From the NCBI GenBank assembly GCA_017451045.1, contig JAFSSK010000128.1, positions 1-53,813 of the forward strand: a stretch of 53,813 nt of DNA. The letters are read 5' to 3'. Both the position numbers and the translations under genes were made by a program. Under the pieces are notes generated by a model, which saw nothing but the letters and a program-made list of their open reading frames with translations, ran no database searches and was not told where the DNA came from. The stretch's first letter is position 1, and every line of letters begins with the position of its first letter. Source of the stretch: Clostridia bacterium (GTDB taxonomy: Bacteria > Bacillota > Clostridia > Oscillospirales > CAG-272). This document shows positions 17,826 through 26,720 of the stretch, piece after piece.

Positions 17826-20024
17826 ATGGAAAACACAAGAGAGACATGGCTGCTGCTTGAACCGTTCGCTATGGGGTTCAAAGAGGCCGACACGACAAAC
17901 ATCGCGCCAGAGTACAGACGCGAATACAGGATCGCGGCTGGCAACAGGAAGCAGATGGAACATATCCGGCTGCATATCGATCCGAAAGACTGGTTCGCCG
18001 GCCCGTGCGGCCGTTTCCCGGACCAGGGAATCAGGTACAACCGCGGGAACGGCATCTTCCATTTCGCACCGGATGATCTGGAGCGACGCTGCAGAGATTA
18101 TCCTGAGCTTGCGGAAGAATTCAAAAAGCTTTACGGTGAATTCGATCATATTCGTACCGACAAGATCGCAGGCGGGACGCTCAGACCCGATCAGCACGAA
18201 AGATGGAGCACCAAAGCCTGCTGGGGCGCGGGCGCCGGACATGCGAACCCCGATTATGAGATGCTGCTCCGCCTGGGGACCGACGGGATCCGCGAAAAGA
18301 TCAAAAGGTTCAGAAAGATAAACGTCGGGAAAGACGGCTTTTATGATGCGCTCGAACTGGCTTTGAGCGCTTTGGACGTGGTGGGAAAGAGATACCGGGA
18401 ACTGGCCCTTGCAATGCTTCCGGATGCATCCGCAGAGGATGCGGTCATCCTGAAAAGGATCGCCGACGCCTTGTCGGTCGTCCCGCAGAAAACGCCCAGG
18501 AACTTCTTCGAAGCCTGCCAGTTCTTCTGGCTCGCGTTCAGTTTCATCGACACCGACTCGCCGGGCAACTTCGACCAGTTCATGAAGGATTACTATCTGC
18601 CTGACGACAAGGCGGACCGGTATGAGTGCCTGCGTCATCTGTGGGAACTGTTCCACAGGACGAGGACCTGGAACCTGTGCATCGGCGGCAGCGACGAATT
18701 CGGGAACGACCTTTGCAACGATCTGACCTACGACGTGCTTCGCGTCGCCAGAGAATTCAAATATGAGACGCCGAACCTCACGATGCGGTTCCACAAGAAC
18801 AGCCCGGACAGGGCATGGCGGGCCGCAGCGGAAACGCTGGCGACCGGCATCGGGATGCCTGCCATCTACAACGACGACGTCGTCTGCCCGGCGCTCGAAT
18901 CGCTCGGCATCCCCGCGTCGGACTCTCACAAGTACTGCATGAACGGCTGCAACCAGATCGATATCTTCGGGAAATCCCACATGGGGCTGGAAGACGGTGA
19001 ATTCTGCGTGGCTAAGGCGCTGGAGTACGCGCTGTTCAACGGCGAGGACCAGTATAATTTCCATGTGCTGGGGCTGGAGACCGGAGAGGCAAAGGACTTT
19101 CCGGATTATGAGAGCTTCAAGCGGGCATTCCTTCAGCAGTGCGACTTTCTGGTCGACCAGGTGGTGGAGATCTCCAATCATATCCAGCAGATATTCGCCA
19201 AAGAGGCGCCTAACCCCTGGATGTCCTGCGTGATCCAGGGATGCATCGAGAAGGGGCAGGACTACAAGAATCACGGGCCTTTCTACGGACACGGTCAGAT
19301 CCTGACCGAGGGACTGCCTGATGCGGTAGATTCGCTCGCCGCCATCAAGCATTACGTGTATGATACGGGAAAGTACGCCATGAGCGATCTTGTGAAGGCG
19401 CTCAAAGCCAACTTCGAAGGCTATGAGGATCTTTACAGGGATTTCTCAACGTACCATAAATTCGGAAACAACATCGAGGACGTAGACGCAATTTACGCCG
19501 AGGTCTCCGATCACATTTACGAATATGCGCGCACCAAAAAGACGTTCCGGGGAGGCTACTTCGGGATGGGGTGCTCGACTTTCAACCGTTCTGCGGACTA
19601 CGGAATTCATCTGGGCGCGCTGCCGAACGGGAAGAGGCGGGGCGAGTCCACCCTCGGGGAGAGCATCGGCCCTGTCCCGGGATGCGACACGAACGGTCCC
19701 ACGGCCATGCTCAACTCCGTCCTGAAATGCAACCAGTACCTGGCGACGAGCGGCAATGTGCTGCAGATGAAATTCATCAAGAGGCAGTTCGAGACCGAGG
19801 AAGGCATGAACGCGTACGTGGCGCTTGCGAAGACCTATTTCAGACTCGGCGGACAGACGCTGCAGATCAACGTTGTCTCGCAGGAAGAGCTTCTTGACGC
19901 AGTCGCCCACCCCGACAAGCACCAGAACCTGATCGTCCGGGTCGGCGGATTCAGCGCCTACTTTGTGCGGCTGGACAGCGGCCTTCAGGAAAACATCATC
20001 AAGCGGACGCAGATGGGTTTCTGA
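17826..20024 (+). CDS. glycyl radical enzyme (PFL-like fold), uncharacterised subtype
   Basis: C-terminal NLIVRVGGFSAYF glycyl loop, LQINVVS, ALPNGKRRG, Cys loop YCMNGCNQ. Confidence 0.92.
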   Translation: MENTRETWLLLEPFAMGFKEADTTNIAPEYRREYRIAAGNRKQMEHIRLHIDPKDWFAGPCGRFPDQGIRYNRGNGIFHFAPDDLERRCRDYPELAEEFKKLYGEFDHIRTDKIAGGTLRPDQHERWSTKACWGAGAGHANPDYEMLLRLGTDGIREKIKRFRKINVGKDGFYDALELALSALDVVGKRYRELALAMLPDASAEDAVILKRIADALSVVPQKTPRNFFEACQFFWLAFSFIDTDSPGNFDQFMKDYYLPDDKADRYECLRHLWELFHRTRTWNLCIGGSDEFGNDLCNDLTYDVLRVAREFKYETPNLTMRFHKNSPDRAWRAAAETLATGIGMPAIYNDDVVCPALESLGIPASDSHKYCMNGCNQIDIFGKSHMGLEDGEFCVAKALEYALFNGEDQYNFHVLGLETGEAKDFPDYESFKRAFLQQCDFLVDQVVEISNHIQQIFAKEAPNPWMSCVIQGCIEKGQDYKNHGPFYGHGQILTEGLPDAVDSLAAIKHYVYDTGKYAMSDLVKALKANFEGYEDLYRDFSTYHKFGNNIEDVDAIYAEVSDHIYEYARTKKTFRGGYFGMGCSTFNRSADYGIHLGALPNGKRRGESTLGESIGPVPGCDTNGPTAMLNSVLKCNQYLATSGNVLQMKFIKRQFETEEGMNAYVALAKTYFRLGGQTLQINVVSQEELLDAVAHPDKHQNLIVRVGGFSAYFVRLDSGLQENIIKRTQMGF

Positions 20025-20025
20025 T

Positions 20026-20964
20026 ATGGTGTTTGCGATTGTCGGCGGCGTACTGCTTGTAGTGGTGGCGGTTGTTTGCCTTTTCCTGAACAGGATCATT
20101 TTTTACTCGCCGCTACCCGGCCAGAGCGACCATTTCAATCTTCCGAAAGGGGAGCAGCTCGACCCGTACAGGGAAGGGGTCCTCAAGGAGATCGCCGAAC
20201 TGGAAAAAGTGCCGTTCGAGCCGGTGGAGATCCGGGCGTATGATAAGATACGGCTGTTCGGCCGGTTCTACAAAGGGCGGGAAGATGCTCCCTTCATGAT
20301 CCTTTTCCACGGTTTCCGCGGAACGTCCATAAGAGATTTCGGCAGCACGGCCAGATGGCTGATCGGAAAAGGCCTCAACGTTCTGATGATAGACGAACGG
20401 GCTACGGGGAAAAGCGGCAGCCATTCGATCACATACGGGATCAAGGAACGGATGGACTGCCTTAGCTGGACGGACTATCTGGAGGACAGGTTCGGTAAGG
20501 AGATCAGCGTCTGCTGGTTCGGGATTTCGCTGGGCGCCGCAACGGTGCTCATGGCGTCCGGACTGGATACGCCGCAGTGCCTGAAGGGGATCATCGCGGA
20601 CGCGCCGTACTCGTCCCCCTCCGAGATCATATGCGAAGTCGGAAGGGCAGGCGGATTCCCGGTAAAGCTTCTTTACCCGTTCGCGGTCCTGACAGCGGCC
20701 GTGTTCGGACATTTCAACCTGAGAAAGACTTCCGCCGTCGAGGCGGTCAAACAGGCGAAAGTGCCGATCCTGCTCATCCACGGCGACGATGACAGATTCG
20801 TCCCGTGCCGCATGGGGATAGAGATCGCGGAAGCCAATCCGGCCATCAGGCTGGAACTGTTCCCGGGTGCCGGGCACGCGCTCTGCGCTTTGACGGACAC
20901 CGAAAGATACAGGGCGCTTGTGGAGGCATTCCTTAAGGATGTTGCAGGCACAAGTCAGTGGTGA
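20026..20964 (+). CDS. membrane-anchored alpha/beta hydrolase (YqkD-like)
   Basis: N-terminal TM, FHGF, GISLG nucleophile elbow, IHGDDDRFVP, GAGH. Confidence 0.88.
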   Translation: MVFAIVGGVLLVVVAVVCLFLNRIIFYSPLPGQSDHFNLPKGEQLDPYREGVLKEIAELEKVPFEPVEIRAYDKIRLFGRFYKGREDAPFMILFHGFRGTSIRDFGSTARWLIGKGLNVLMIDERATGKSGSHSITYGIKERMDCLSWTDYLEDRFGKEISVCWFGISLGAATVLMASGLDTPQCLKGIIADAPYSSPSEIICEVGRAGGFPVKLLYPFAVLTAAVFGHFNLRKTSAVEAVKQAKVPILLIHGDDDRFVPCRMGIEIAEANPAIRLELFPGAGHALCALTDTERYRALVEAFLKDVAGTSQW

Positions 20965-20970
20965 TAAGTA

Positions 20971-21004
20971 CACCCGGCAGGGCTTCGATGAGTCCTGCCG
21001 GGTG
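20971..21004. terminator. strong hairpin after hydrolase gene
   Basis: CACCCGGCAGGGCT...AGTCCTGCCGGGTG stem; no U tract directly after. Confidence 0.5.
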
Positions 21005-21027
21005 CCGGTCACTGCCTAAAAAAGTTC

Positions 21028-21056
21028 TTGACAAAACAATAGGGATATGGTATCAT
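21028..21056 (+). promoter_or_regulatory. promoter of tRNA cluster
   Basis: TTGACA-17 nt-TATCAT with TG extension. Confidence 0.8.
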
Positions 21057-21072
21057 AATCAACGTTCCGAAT

Positions 21073-21146
<74 letters not shown>

Positions 21147-21149
21147 TAT

Positions 21150-21226
21150 GTGCCTTTAGCTCAGCCGGATAGAGCAACTGCCTTCTAAGCAGTAGGTCGA
21201 GGGTTCGAATCCCCCAAGGCACGCCA
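21150..21226 (+). tRNA. tRNA-Arg(TCT)
   Basis: GTGCCTT/AAGGCAC acceptor; ACTGC-CT TCT AA-GCAGT; TTCGAAT; CCA. Confidence 0.95.
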
Positions 21227-21240
21227 GCGGAACAACATAT

Positions 21241-21318
21241 GGTGGGATTGGCGCAGTTGGCTAGCGCGTCAGGTTGTGGCCCTGAAGGTCGTGGGTTCGA
21301 GCCCCATATCTCACCCCA
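21241..21318 (+). tRNA. tRNA-His(GTG)
   Basis: G-1; TCAGG-TT GTG GC-CCTGA; GGTTCGAG; CCA. Confidence 0.95.
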
Positions 21319-21416
21319 TATGGCTATTTTTGTACGAATTAGTGCAAAGATAGCCGTTTTTCTTTGCCAATTATGTGCAAATCAACTATTAAAAATAATC
21401 AATTCGTGTTACCAAA

Positions 21417-21450
21417 TTGAACCCACTTTGAACCCACTTTTGAACCCACT
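21417..21450. repeat. three direct repeats TTGAACCCACT (putative integrase arm-type sites)
   Basis: Identical 11-mers at 21417, 21428 and 21440, between tRNA-His and the integrase stop. Confidence 0.7.
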
Positions 21451-21460
21451 TTTTGCGCCA

Positions 21461-21640
21461 TCATATTCCATCCAACAATGATCCTATCAACGCATGGTCT
21501 TGTGGCATAATGTGAGAGTAAGTGTTGTAGGTTTGGGTTACAGAGGAGTGACCGAGTCGCTTGCTTACGGCGGTAACCGGGACTCCGGAAGACAGCAGAA
21601 AAGATGCGTGACTGTGGCGCAGATCGTGAACTCTGATATG
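21461..21640 (-). pseudogene. C-terminal remnant of tyrosine integrase
   Basis: HDLRHSHAS, LGHSS, TYNTYSH catalytic motifs; N-terminal part absent; converges on tRNA-His 3' end. Confidence 0.88.
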
Positions 21641-21880
21641 TACTTGCAAGTGCTTTTGTATACAACAATAGTGTTGTCCCAGTTAAACTTGAGATAAAAG
21701 AGCGAAGTGATGTAGATAACTCACTATATATTCTTGCAGCAACTGAGGCAATAGAAAAAGATGAAATTGACAAAAAATCAATTTCATCTAACGGGGTCGT
21801 GGAGGGTGTCCGCAAAAGCAGTCATTCCTCTGCCCATGTAATAAGTATAGCACAACTCCTTGAAGAAATCAACCCATCAA
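21637..21880 (+). pseudogene. internal fragment resembling phage large-polyvalent-protein domain
   Basis: Start-less open frame YVLASAFVYNNSVVPVKLEIKERSDVDNSLYILAATEAIEKDEI...ISIAQLLEEINPS; family call from recalled motif similarity. Confidence 0.5.
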
Positions 21881-22332
21881 AAATCCATAGTATGCACCGC
21901 TTTGTATTATTAAAGCCAGGGACACGAAATGGGTTATTCTCTGTAAATGTTGCTCTGCATGCCTTGCATATGTATCTGTGTTGATGAATTTCATAAGTAA
22001 TTGGATGCCCTGGCTCCAATGGAACATCTTTGAGTTTAACCACTTTTTGCCCGTGTCCTATTACATTTCCGCAACAATGCGGGCAACAGGTGTCTGCCGT
22101 TGTTCTCGTGCTGAAAAGCTTTATGGTCTGTTGTTCATCGTTGTCTGAAAAGGCTAATTCTTCGCTTACATAATATTGACATTTTACGCCAAAAGTTGTA
22201 TCGTTAAGTAAAGTCATGGATGCTTCCTCCGGTATGGTTTTTGGTGGTACTTAAAGTATACCATATGGAAGCTCCATGGCTTATTTATTTTTTCAATTTG
22301 TCCAACTCAAACACACAAAAATGTGAAGAGCC
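21880..22332 (-). mobile_element. ISL3-family element, left half (IRL + 5' transposase fragment 22217->~21880)
   Basis: zf-ISL3 CPHC...RYICKAC; terminal GGCTCTTCACATTTTT at 22332-22317. Confidence 0.8.
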
Positions 22333-22346
22333 TTTTTATTGCACAC

Positions 22347-22382
22347 AAAGGCGCCGCTTTCTAATTGAAGGCGGCGCCTTTT
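22347..22382 (-). terminator. terminator downstream of rnpB
   Basis: AAAGGCGCCGC...GCGGCGCCTTT stem. Confidence 0.75.
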
Positions 22383-22386
22383 AAGG

Positions 22387-22742
22387 AGCAGATCTGTCGA
22401 TAAGCCGGGTTCTGTCGTTGAACGGTCATCTATCTTCGCTGGTTATTGCTAAACAGCTTCGGGAGCGATCCCGTGCCACCTAAGGATATATGTCGGGCCG
22501 ACATCCTTTACGGTGTTGCTTCGGATAGGGTTTACAGCGGACACATGTTGCCATGTGAACGAGTGGGCTCTTACCCCGCTTTTCCACCCTTACCTGCGAG
22601 TCGCAGGCGGTTTGTTTCTGTTGCACTTTCCCGGCGGTTACCCGCGGCGGATGTTATCCGTTATCCTGCCCTGTGAAGCCCGGACTTTCCTCACGGTAAT
22701 ACCTTTCGGCACCATACCGCGCGACCGTCTGGCAGACCTGCT
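22387..22742 (-). ncRNA. rnpB: RNase P RNA (type A)
   Basis: GAGGAAAGTCCGGGC near 5' end, ACAGAACCCGGCTTA near 3' end, P1 AGCAGGTCTGCC/GACAGATCTGCT. Confidence 0.95.
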
Positions 22743-22784
22743 TGTGCTCCGGGTGCTGAAAACAGCTCCTGCCGGAGCATTTCT

Positions 22785-22852
22785 ATTATATGGATTTGAA
22801 TGATGTTTGTCAAGCAATTCCATTTGACTTAGAAAAGGAAAAGCGATATAAT
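22785..22852. promoter_or_regulatory. back-to-back sigma-A promoters (rnpB minus; phosphatase plus)
   Basis: Minus TTGACA-17-TATAAT (22813-22785); plus TTGACT-17-TATAAT (22824-22852). Confidence 0.8.
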
Positions 22853-22877
22853 TATTTCACTTTCAAGATAGCGAGGG

Positions 22878-24431
22878 ATGGAAATTATGAGTCAGTCTTT
22901 TGGACGGTATAAACGTGTTCTGATGTTCGGAATCGACGGCATGGGCGCCTACAACAAAATCGCAAAGACGCCGAATATGGATGCCGTGTTCGCCAATGGC
23001 GCCACAACGTATGAGGCGTACTCCGAACGCCCGACGATAAGCGGTCAGTGCTGGACGAGCATGCTGACGGGCGCTATGCCGGAAGTGCACGGCCTGTCCA
23101 ACTGCAACATGCACCCGAACCCGGAGATCCCGACGCTTGTCACGATGATACGTAAAGCGCATCCGAATGCGACCCTGGCTGTCTTTTCCGCCTGGAAATC
23201 GATAGGCTGGCAGATCATCGGGGAAGGAATGGGTGCGGATGTGATCGACGGAGGCGAGGACGAGCCTTTGATCCAGAGACTGGAAGCGTATCTAGAGGAT
23301 CACGATCCGGAGTTCTTGTTCGTCCAGCTTGACTGCGTAGACGGTGCGGGACACGGAAACGGATACGGAACGCCGGGCCATCTGGACGCCATCACCAAAG
23401 CCGACGAACAGTTCGGACGCGTCGTGCATCAGTATCAGAAGCACGAAAGGATGAAAGACACCCTGATCCTGCTGTCGGCGGATCACGGCGGGACGCTCAG
23501 AGGATCCCACGGGGCATGGACGCCTGAAGAGCACTTCGTCTTCCTCGGCGTGGCAGGCGACGGCGTTTTGCACGGGCAGATCGGGGAAGTGCATCTTCGC
23601 GACTATCCGGCCATCGTGCTGTGGGCGCTCGGGATCAAAGAGCCGGCATTCAACAAGAAAGGCTATGTCGGGCAGCTTCCGGTCGGCGTGTTCCCGGACG
23701 CAGGTGTTGCGGAAAGGATAGACGTTTCAACGAAGCAGAAGTTCTTCAAACCGTCCGCCGAGCCTGCGGTCGGCAGCGAAGGATGGATCGGGAATTTTTT
23801 GCCCGAGGAAAAGATAAAGATCTTCATCAACTTCGAAGACGGCGTGAAGGATGTGTCGGGCCATTGCAAGACGACCGTGGAGAGCGGACTCATCAAGCAT
23901 TATTCGGAGGGGATACGCGGACAGTGCGGGGAACTCGGAAACGGCATATTCAGAATTGACAACATCCAGCACGGACCGGTGTTCTCCCTTGCGTTCTGGC
24001 TGATGTGTGACGTCAGCAACGACTCCTGGTCGGATGTTCTCACGACCAAAGACGGCGTGCACAGGGGCTTTTCCATTTCCGCGGCCGACTCCGGCATGGG
24101 CATCTACCTGAAAGAGATCAACAGCAGAGGCAAGTACGATGACTGCTGGAAACTGCAGCGTACGGGGGACGAAGGCCTGTCCAGATCCGCGTGGACGCAT
24201 TTCATTTTCACTGTCGATCTGGTAAAGAACAGGATCACCTCCTACATGAATTTCGCAAAACGGATAGACGGCTGCCCCAATTACGATCTGAAGGATTTCA
24301 TCCGGTTCGATTCGGTCAGGTGCGGGGTGGATCACTCGGAAGGCGCCTATAAAATGGTGGACGACATCCTCCTTTACGACGGCGCACTGCAGCCGGGGGC
24401 ACTGAAAAAATACTATATGTTCCGCCCGTAA
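22878..24431 (+). CDS. alkaline phosphatase/NPP-superfamily enzyme fused to C-terminal LamG/ConA-like domain
   Basis: GIDGMG, PTISGQCWTSMLTG, DCVDGAGH, SADHGG; C-term FSLAFW, WTHFIFTVD, VDDILLYDGAL; start may be 22887. Confidence 0.8.
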   Translation: MEIMSQSFGRYKRVLMFGIDGMGAYNKIAKTPNMDAVFANGATTYEAYSERPTISGQCWTSMLTGAMPEVHGLSNCNMHPNPEIPTLVTMIRKAHPNATLAVFSAWKSIGWQIIGEGMGADVIDGGEDEPLIQRLEAYLEDHDPEFLFVQLDCVDGAGHGNGYGTPGHLDAITKADEQFGRVVHQYQKHERMKDTLILLSADHGGTLRGSHGAWTPEEHFVFLGVAGDGVLHGQIGEVHLRDYPAIVLWALGIKEPAFNKKGYVGQLPVGVFPDAGVAERIDVSTKQKFFKPSAEPAVGSEGWIGNFLPEEKIKIFINFEDGVKDVSGHCKTTVESGLIKHYSEGIRGQCGELGNGIFRIDNIQHGPVFSLAFWLMCDVSNDSWSDVLTTKDGVHRGFSISAADSGMGIYLKEINSRGKYDDCWKLQRTGDEGLSRSAWTHFIFTVDLVKNRITSYMNFAKRIDGCPNYDLKDFIRFDSVRCGVDHSEGAYKMVDDILLYDGALQPGALKKYYMFRP

Positions 24432-24456
24432 CAGACGGGTCGAACGCGCAGAACAG

Positions 24457-24494
24457 AAAAGACCGTTCAGGGATTTGACCCGGGACGGCCTTTT
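24457..24494. terminator. bidirectional terminator
   Basis: AAAAGACCGTTC...GGACGGCCTTTT between convergent genes. Confidence 0.7.
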
Positions 24495-24515
24495 GTATGA
24501 AGTGCGCAACAGGAA

Positions 24516-25175
24516 TCAGTTTGCTTTTGTGATCGCCGGGATCCTGGAGACTGCCAGCGCAGCCACAGCCGTGATGACGATCTCCGGGATCATATAAAGC
24601 CCGTTATAGAAAACAGAGTAGATGATGCCCAGCGCCGCACCGCTGAAATTCGACAGGATGACATTGCCTATCGCATAGAAGCCTTCCTGGCTGAAAAACC
24701 ATTCGGCATATGTGCCGAAGAAGATGTAGCCGGAAACGATGTGCACGAGATATCTTGCAGAAAGCGCCACGACAGAGCCAAGAATGAGGGCGGGCGTCTT
24801 CGACAAGGAATTGCGGAAGATCCCGCCGATGCCGAGCACGGTGTAGGCCAGCAGGTAATCCAGAAGGACGATGAAAACGGCCGCGCGGTATCCCATAAAA
24901 TCGTCTGAATTGACGGAAAACAGCGCCAGCACATATCCCGAGCCTACGAAAGCCCCGAGGGCCAGCTGGATGACAGAGTAGAGGAAAGAGCAGAAGAACC
25001 CCCATCGGATCCCGAACATATAGGCGATGACGATGATGGGAAGCATGCTGGCGATCGTGAATCCGCCGCCGAACGGAAGATTCAGAAACGGGATATAGCC
25101 GCATACAATCGCCAGGACCGTCGACAGAGCGATCAGGACGGCGCTGGTCGTGAGTTTCTTTGCTGTGTTTTTCAT
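24516..25175 (-). CDS. thiT: ECF S-component thiamine transporter ThiT
   Basis: LPFGGGFTIASMLP, LDYLLAY, HIVSG.IFF..YA, YSVFYNG.YM.PE; preceded by TPP riboswitch. Confidence 0.9.
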   Translation of the reverse strand: MKNTAKKLTTSAVLIALSTVLAIVCGYIPFLNLPFGGGFTIASMLPIIVIAYMFGIRWGFFCSFLYSVIQLALGAFVGSGYVLALFSVNSDDFMGYRAAVFIVLLDYLLAYTVLGIGGIFRNSLSKTPALILGSVVALSARYLVHIVSGYIFFGTYAEWFFSQEGFYAIGNVILSNFSGAALGIIYSVFYNGLYMIPEIVITAVAALAVSRIPAITKAN

Positions 25176-25207
25176 AATATAACTCCTTTGGAGAAAAATG
25201 CGAATGG

Positions 25208-25238
25208 AAAAAGGCCGCACGTATAGCGCGGCCTTTTC
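25208..25238 (-). terminator. riboswitch expression-platform terminator
   Basis: GAAAAGGCCGCGC-TATAC-GTGCGGCCTTTTT on minus strand. Confidence 0.8.
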
Positions 25239-25243
25239 GTTGT

Positions 25244-25332
25244 AAAGCTCCCTACGTCGGTATTGTCCGAATCAGGTAAAGGGTTCGGTGTCACCATCTC
25301 AGCCGACTCATGCGGTCAGCACCCCTGCCGTT
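25244..25332 (-). promoter_or_regulatory. TPP riboswitch
   Basis: GGGGTGC...GCTGAGA...ACCC..ACCTGAT.CGGA.AATACCG.CGTAGGGA consensus. Confidence 0.93.
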
Positions 25333-25340
25333 TATGCTGT

Positions 25341-26651
25341 TTAATAATAGAAATTCACGCCGACGGATTTCATATCCGGCGCGACCGCCATGACATTGTC
25401 GTAAATGACGATCCTGTCCATATACGGCTGGCATTTGTCATAGAACAGCTCATCGCAGATCAGATCCGAAAAACTGAACAGATCGTTTTCAAACCAGATC
25501 TGGTTGTTTTCTTTCGAATACGCGCCGTCCGGAAGCTCGTATTTCCGGATGATATGATAGCCGTAATCGGACGTCAATAGTATAACATCTCCGACCTCCA
25601 TTGTCAAGAGCGAATCACGCGCCGTGTTGAGGTAATCCATGTCCTGCCCCAGACTCGAATAGGAAATGTCTTTGCACAAAAAATAACCGTCCTCATACCC
25701 GCTGTCCGTGCCTGCGTCGTCGCTGTCCGTGTAAATGTAGTGCTCGAACGTGATGGGGTCGCCCGGGTGCTCATCGAGAGCGGCCATCAGTTCCGACACT
25801 CTGCTTTCGACCGCCCGCAGTTCTTCGGCTGAAAGGGATTCCGTATCGCTTTCGCCGTCATTGTCACGGTCCAGATAGTTGATCAGCCCGTTCTCCTCGT
25901 CATAGGCAACGGTACCGTCCGGGTTCCTGTAAACGCCCTCGCTGTCAGGGACGCCGTTGACGGTATCGTATGCGATGGTCCCGTCCTGGTTGTAGTAGAT
26001 GACGTTGCCGTCGCCGTCCCGTTCGGGAATGTACTTGTAATTCGCCAGGAAAATCTGCTTGAAGCAGACGAAATTGGACTGGTAAAACTCATCCTTTGCG
26101 CTGGTAGCGACCAAAGACGCCCGGGCACCGTACAGATGCTGCTTGAGATATTCCAGTTTCGCTTCCATTATGTATATGTCCCGGAGCATGTCGTAGTTGA
26201 CCCCGTAGTCGGCCAGGATGCGGTTGAAAGTGCTCTTTGAGCCGTTGGCGTCATAATCGATGCGCTCCTGCATATCCTCGTCTATGGATTTGTAGTAAGA
26301 ATCGGGAAGCGTCAGGCCGTATTCCTCGTCAAACAGGTAGAGCGTGACGAGATACTGTTTCAGATTGTTCAGGACCGCCTGGCTGAAATACTGATTGTAT
26401 GTGGTCCCGTCCATGGAGATCGTCATGTTCCAGAAACTCTCGTCGGTGACGGAGTAGCCTGTCTGTGTACGGACCGAATAGGCGAGATTGCCCTTCAGCC
26501 GCGACAGCAGCAGCTCGTATGTGTTGACGGAGATAGTGCTCTTCCCAAGGGACATGAGCGTACTGGTACTCGAAACACAGCCGGACAGGCTGCACAAAAG
26601 CAACAGTACGGCCAGCGCAAAAGCGGTTAACAGGGCGATTCGTTTTTTCAT
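25341..26651 (-). CDS. PrsA/parvulin-like foldase lipoprotein
   Basis: Lipobox LSGC; KQIFL, YTDSDD, MEVGDV..SDYGYHII; position after mfd. Confidence 0.7.
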   Translation of the reverse strand: MKKRIALLTAFALAVLLLLCSLSGCVSSTSTLMSLGKSTISVNTYELLLSRLKGNLAYSVRTQTGYSVTDESFWNMTISMDGTTYNQYFSQAVLNNLKQYLVTLYLFDEEYGLTLPDSYYKSIDEDMQERIDYDANGSKSTFNRILADYGVNYDMLRDIYIMEAKLEYLKQHLYGARASLVATSAKDEFYQSNFVCFKQIFLANYKYIPERDGDGNVIYYNQDGTIAYDTVNGVPDSEGVYRNPDGTVAYDEENGLINYLDRDNDGESDTESLSAEELRAVESRVSELMAALDEHPGDPITFEHYIYTDSDDAGTDSGYEDGYFLCKDISYSSLGQDMDYLNTARDSLLTMEVGDVILLTSDYGYHIIRKYELPDGAYSKENNQIWFENDLFSFSDLICDELFYDKCQPYMDRIVIYDNVMAVAPDMKSVGVNFYY

Positions 26652-26720
26652 GTTTTCCTCAAGCCCGGATCCCGTGACGGCTGTCCGGAAAGGCGGGCCA
26701 TGCCTCCGTAATAGTAGTGT

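Noticed and set aside
21417-21450. Short repeats considered as CRISPR or iterons
   Set aside because: 11-mers with no spacers, and no cas or rep gene; no CRISPR array seen in the window
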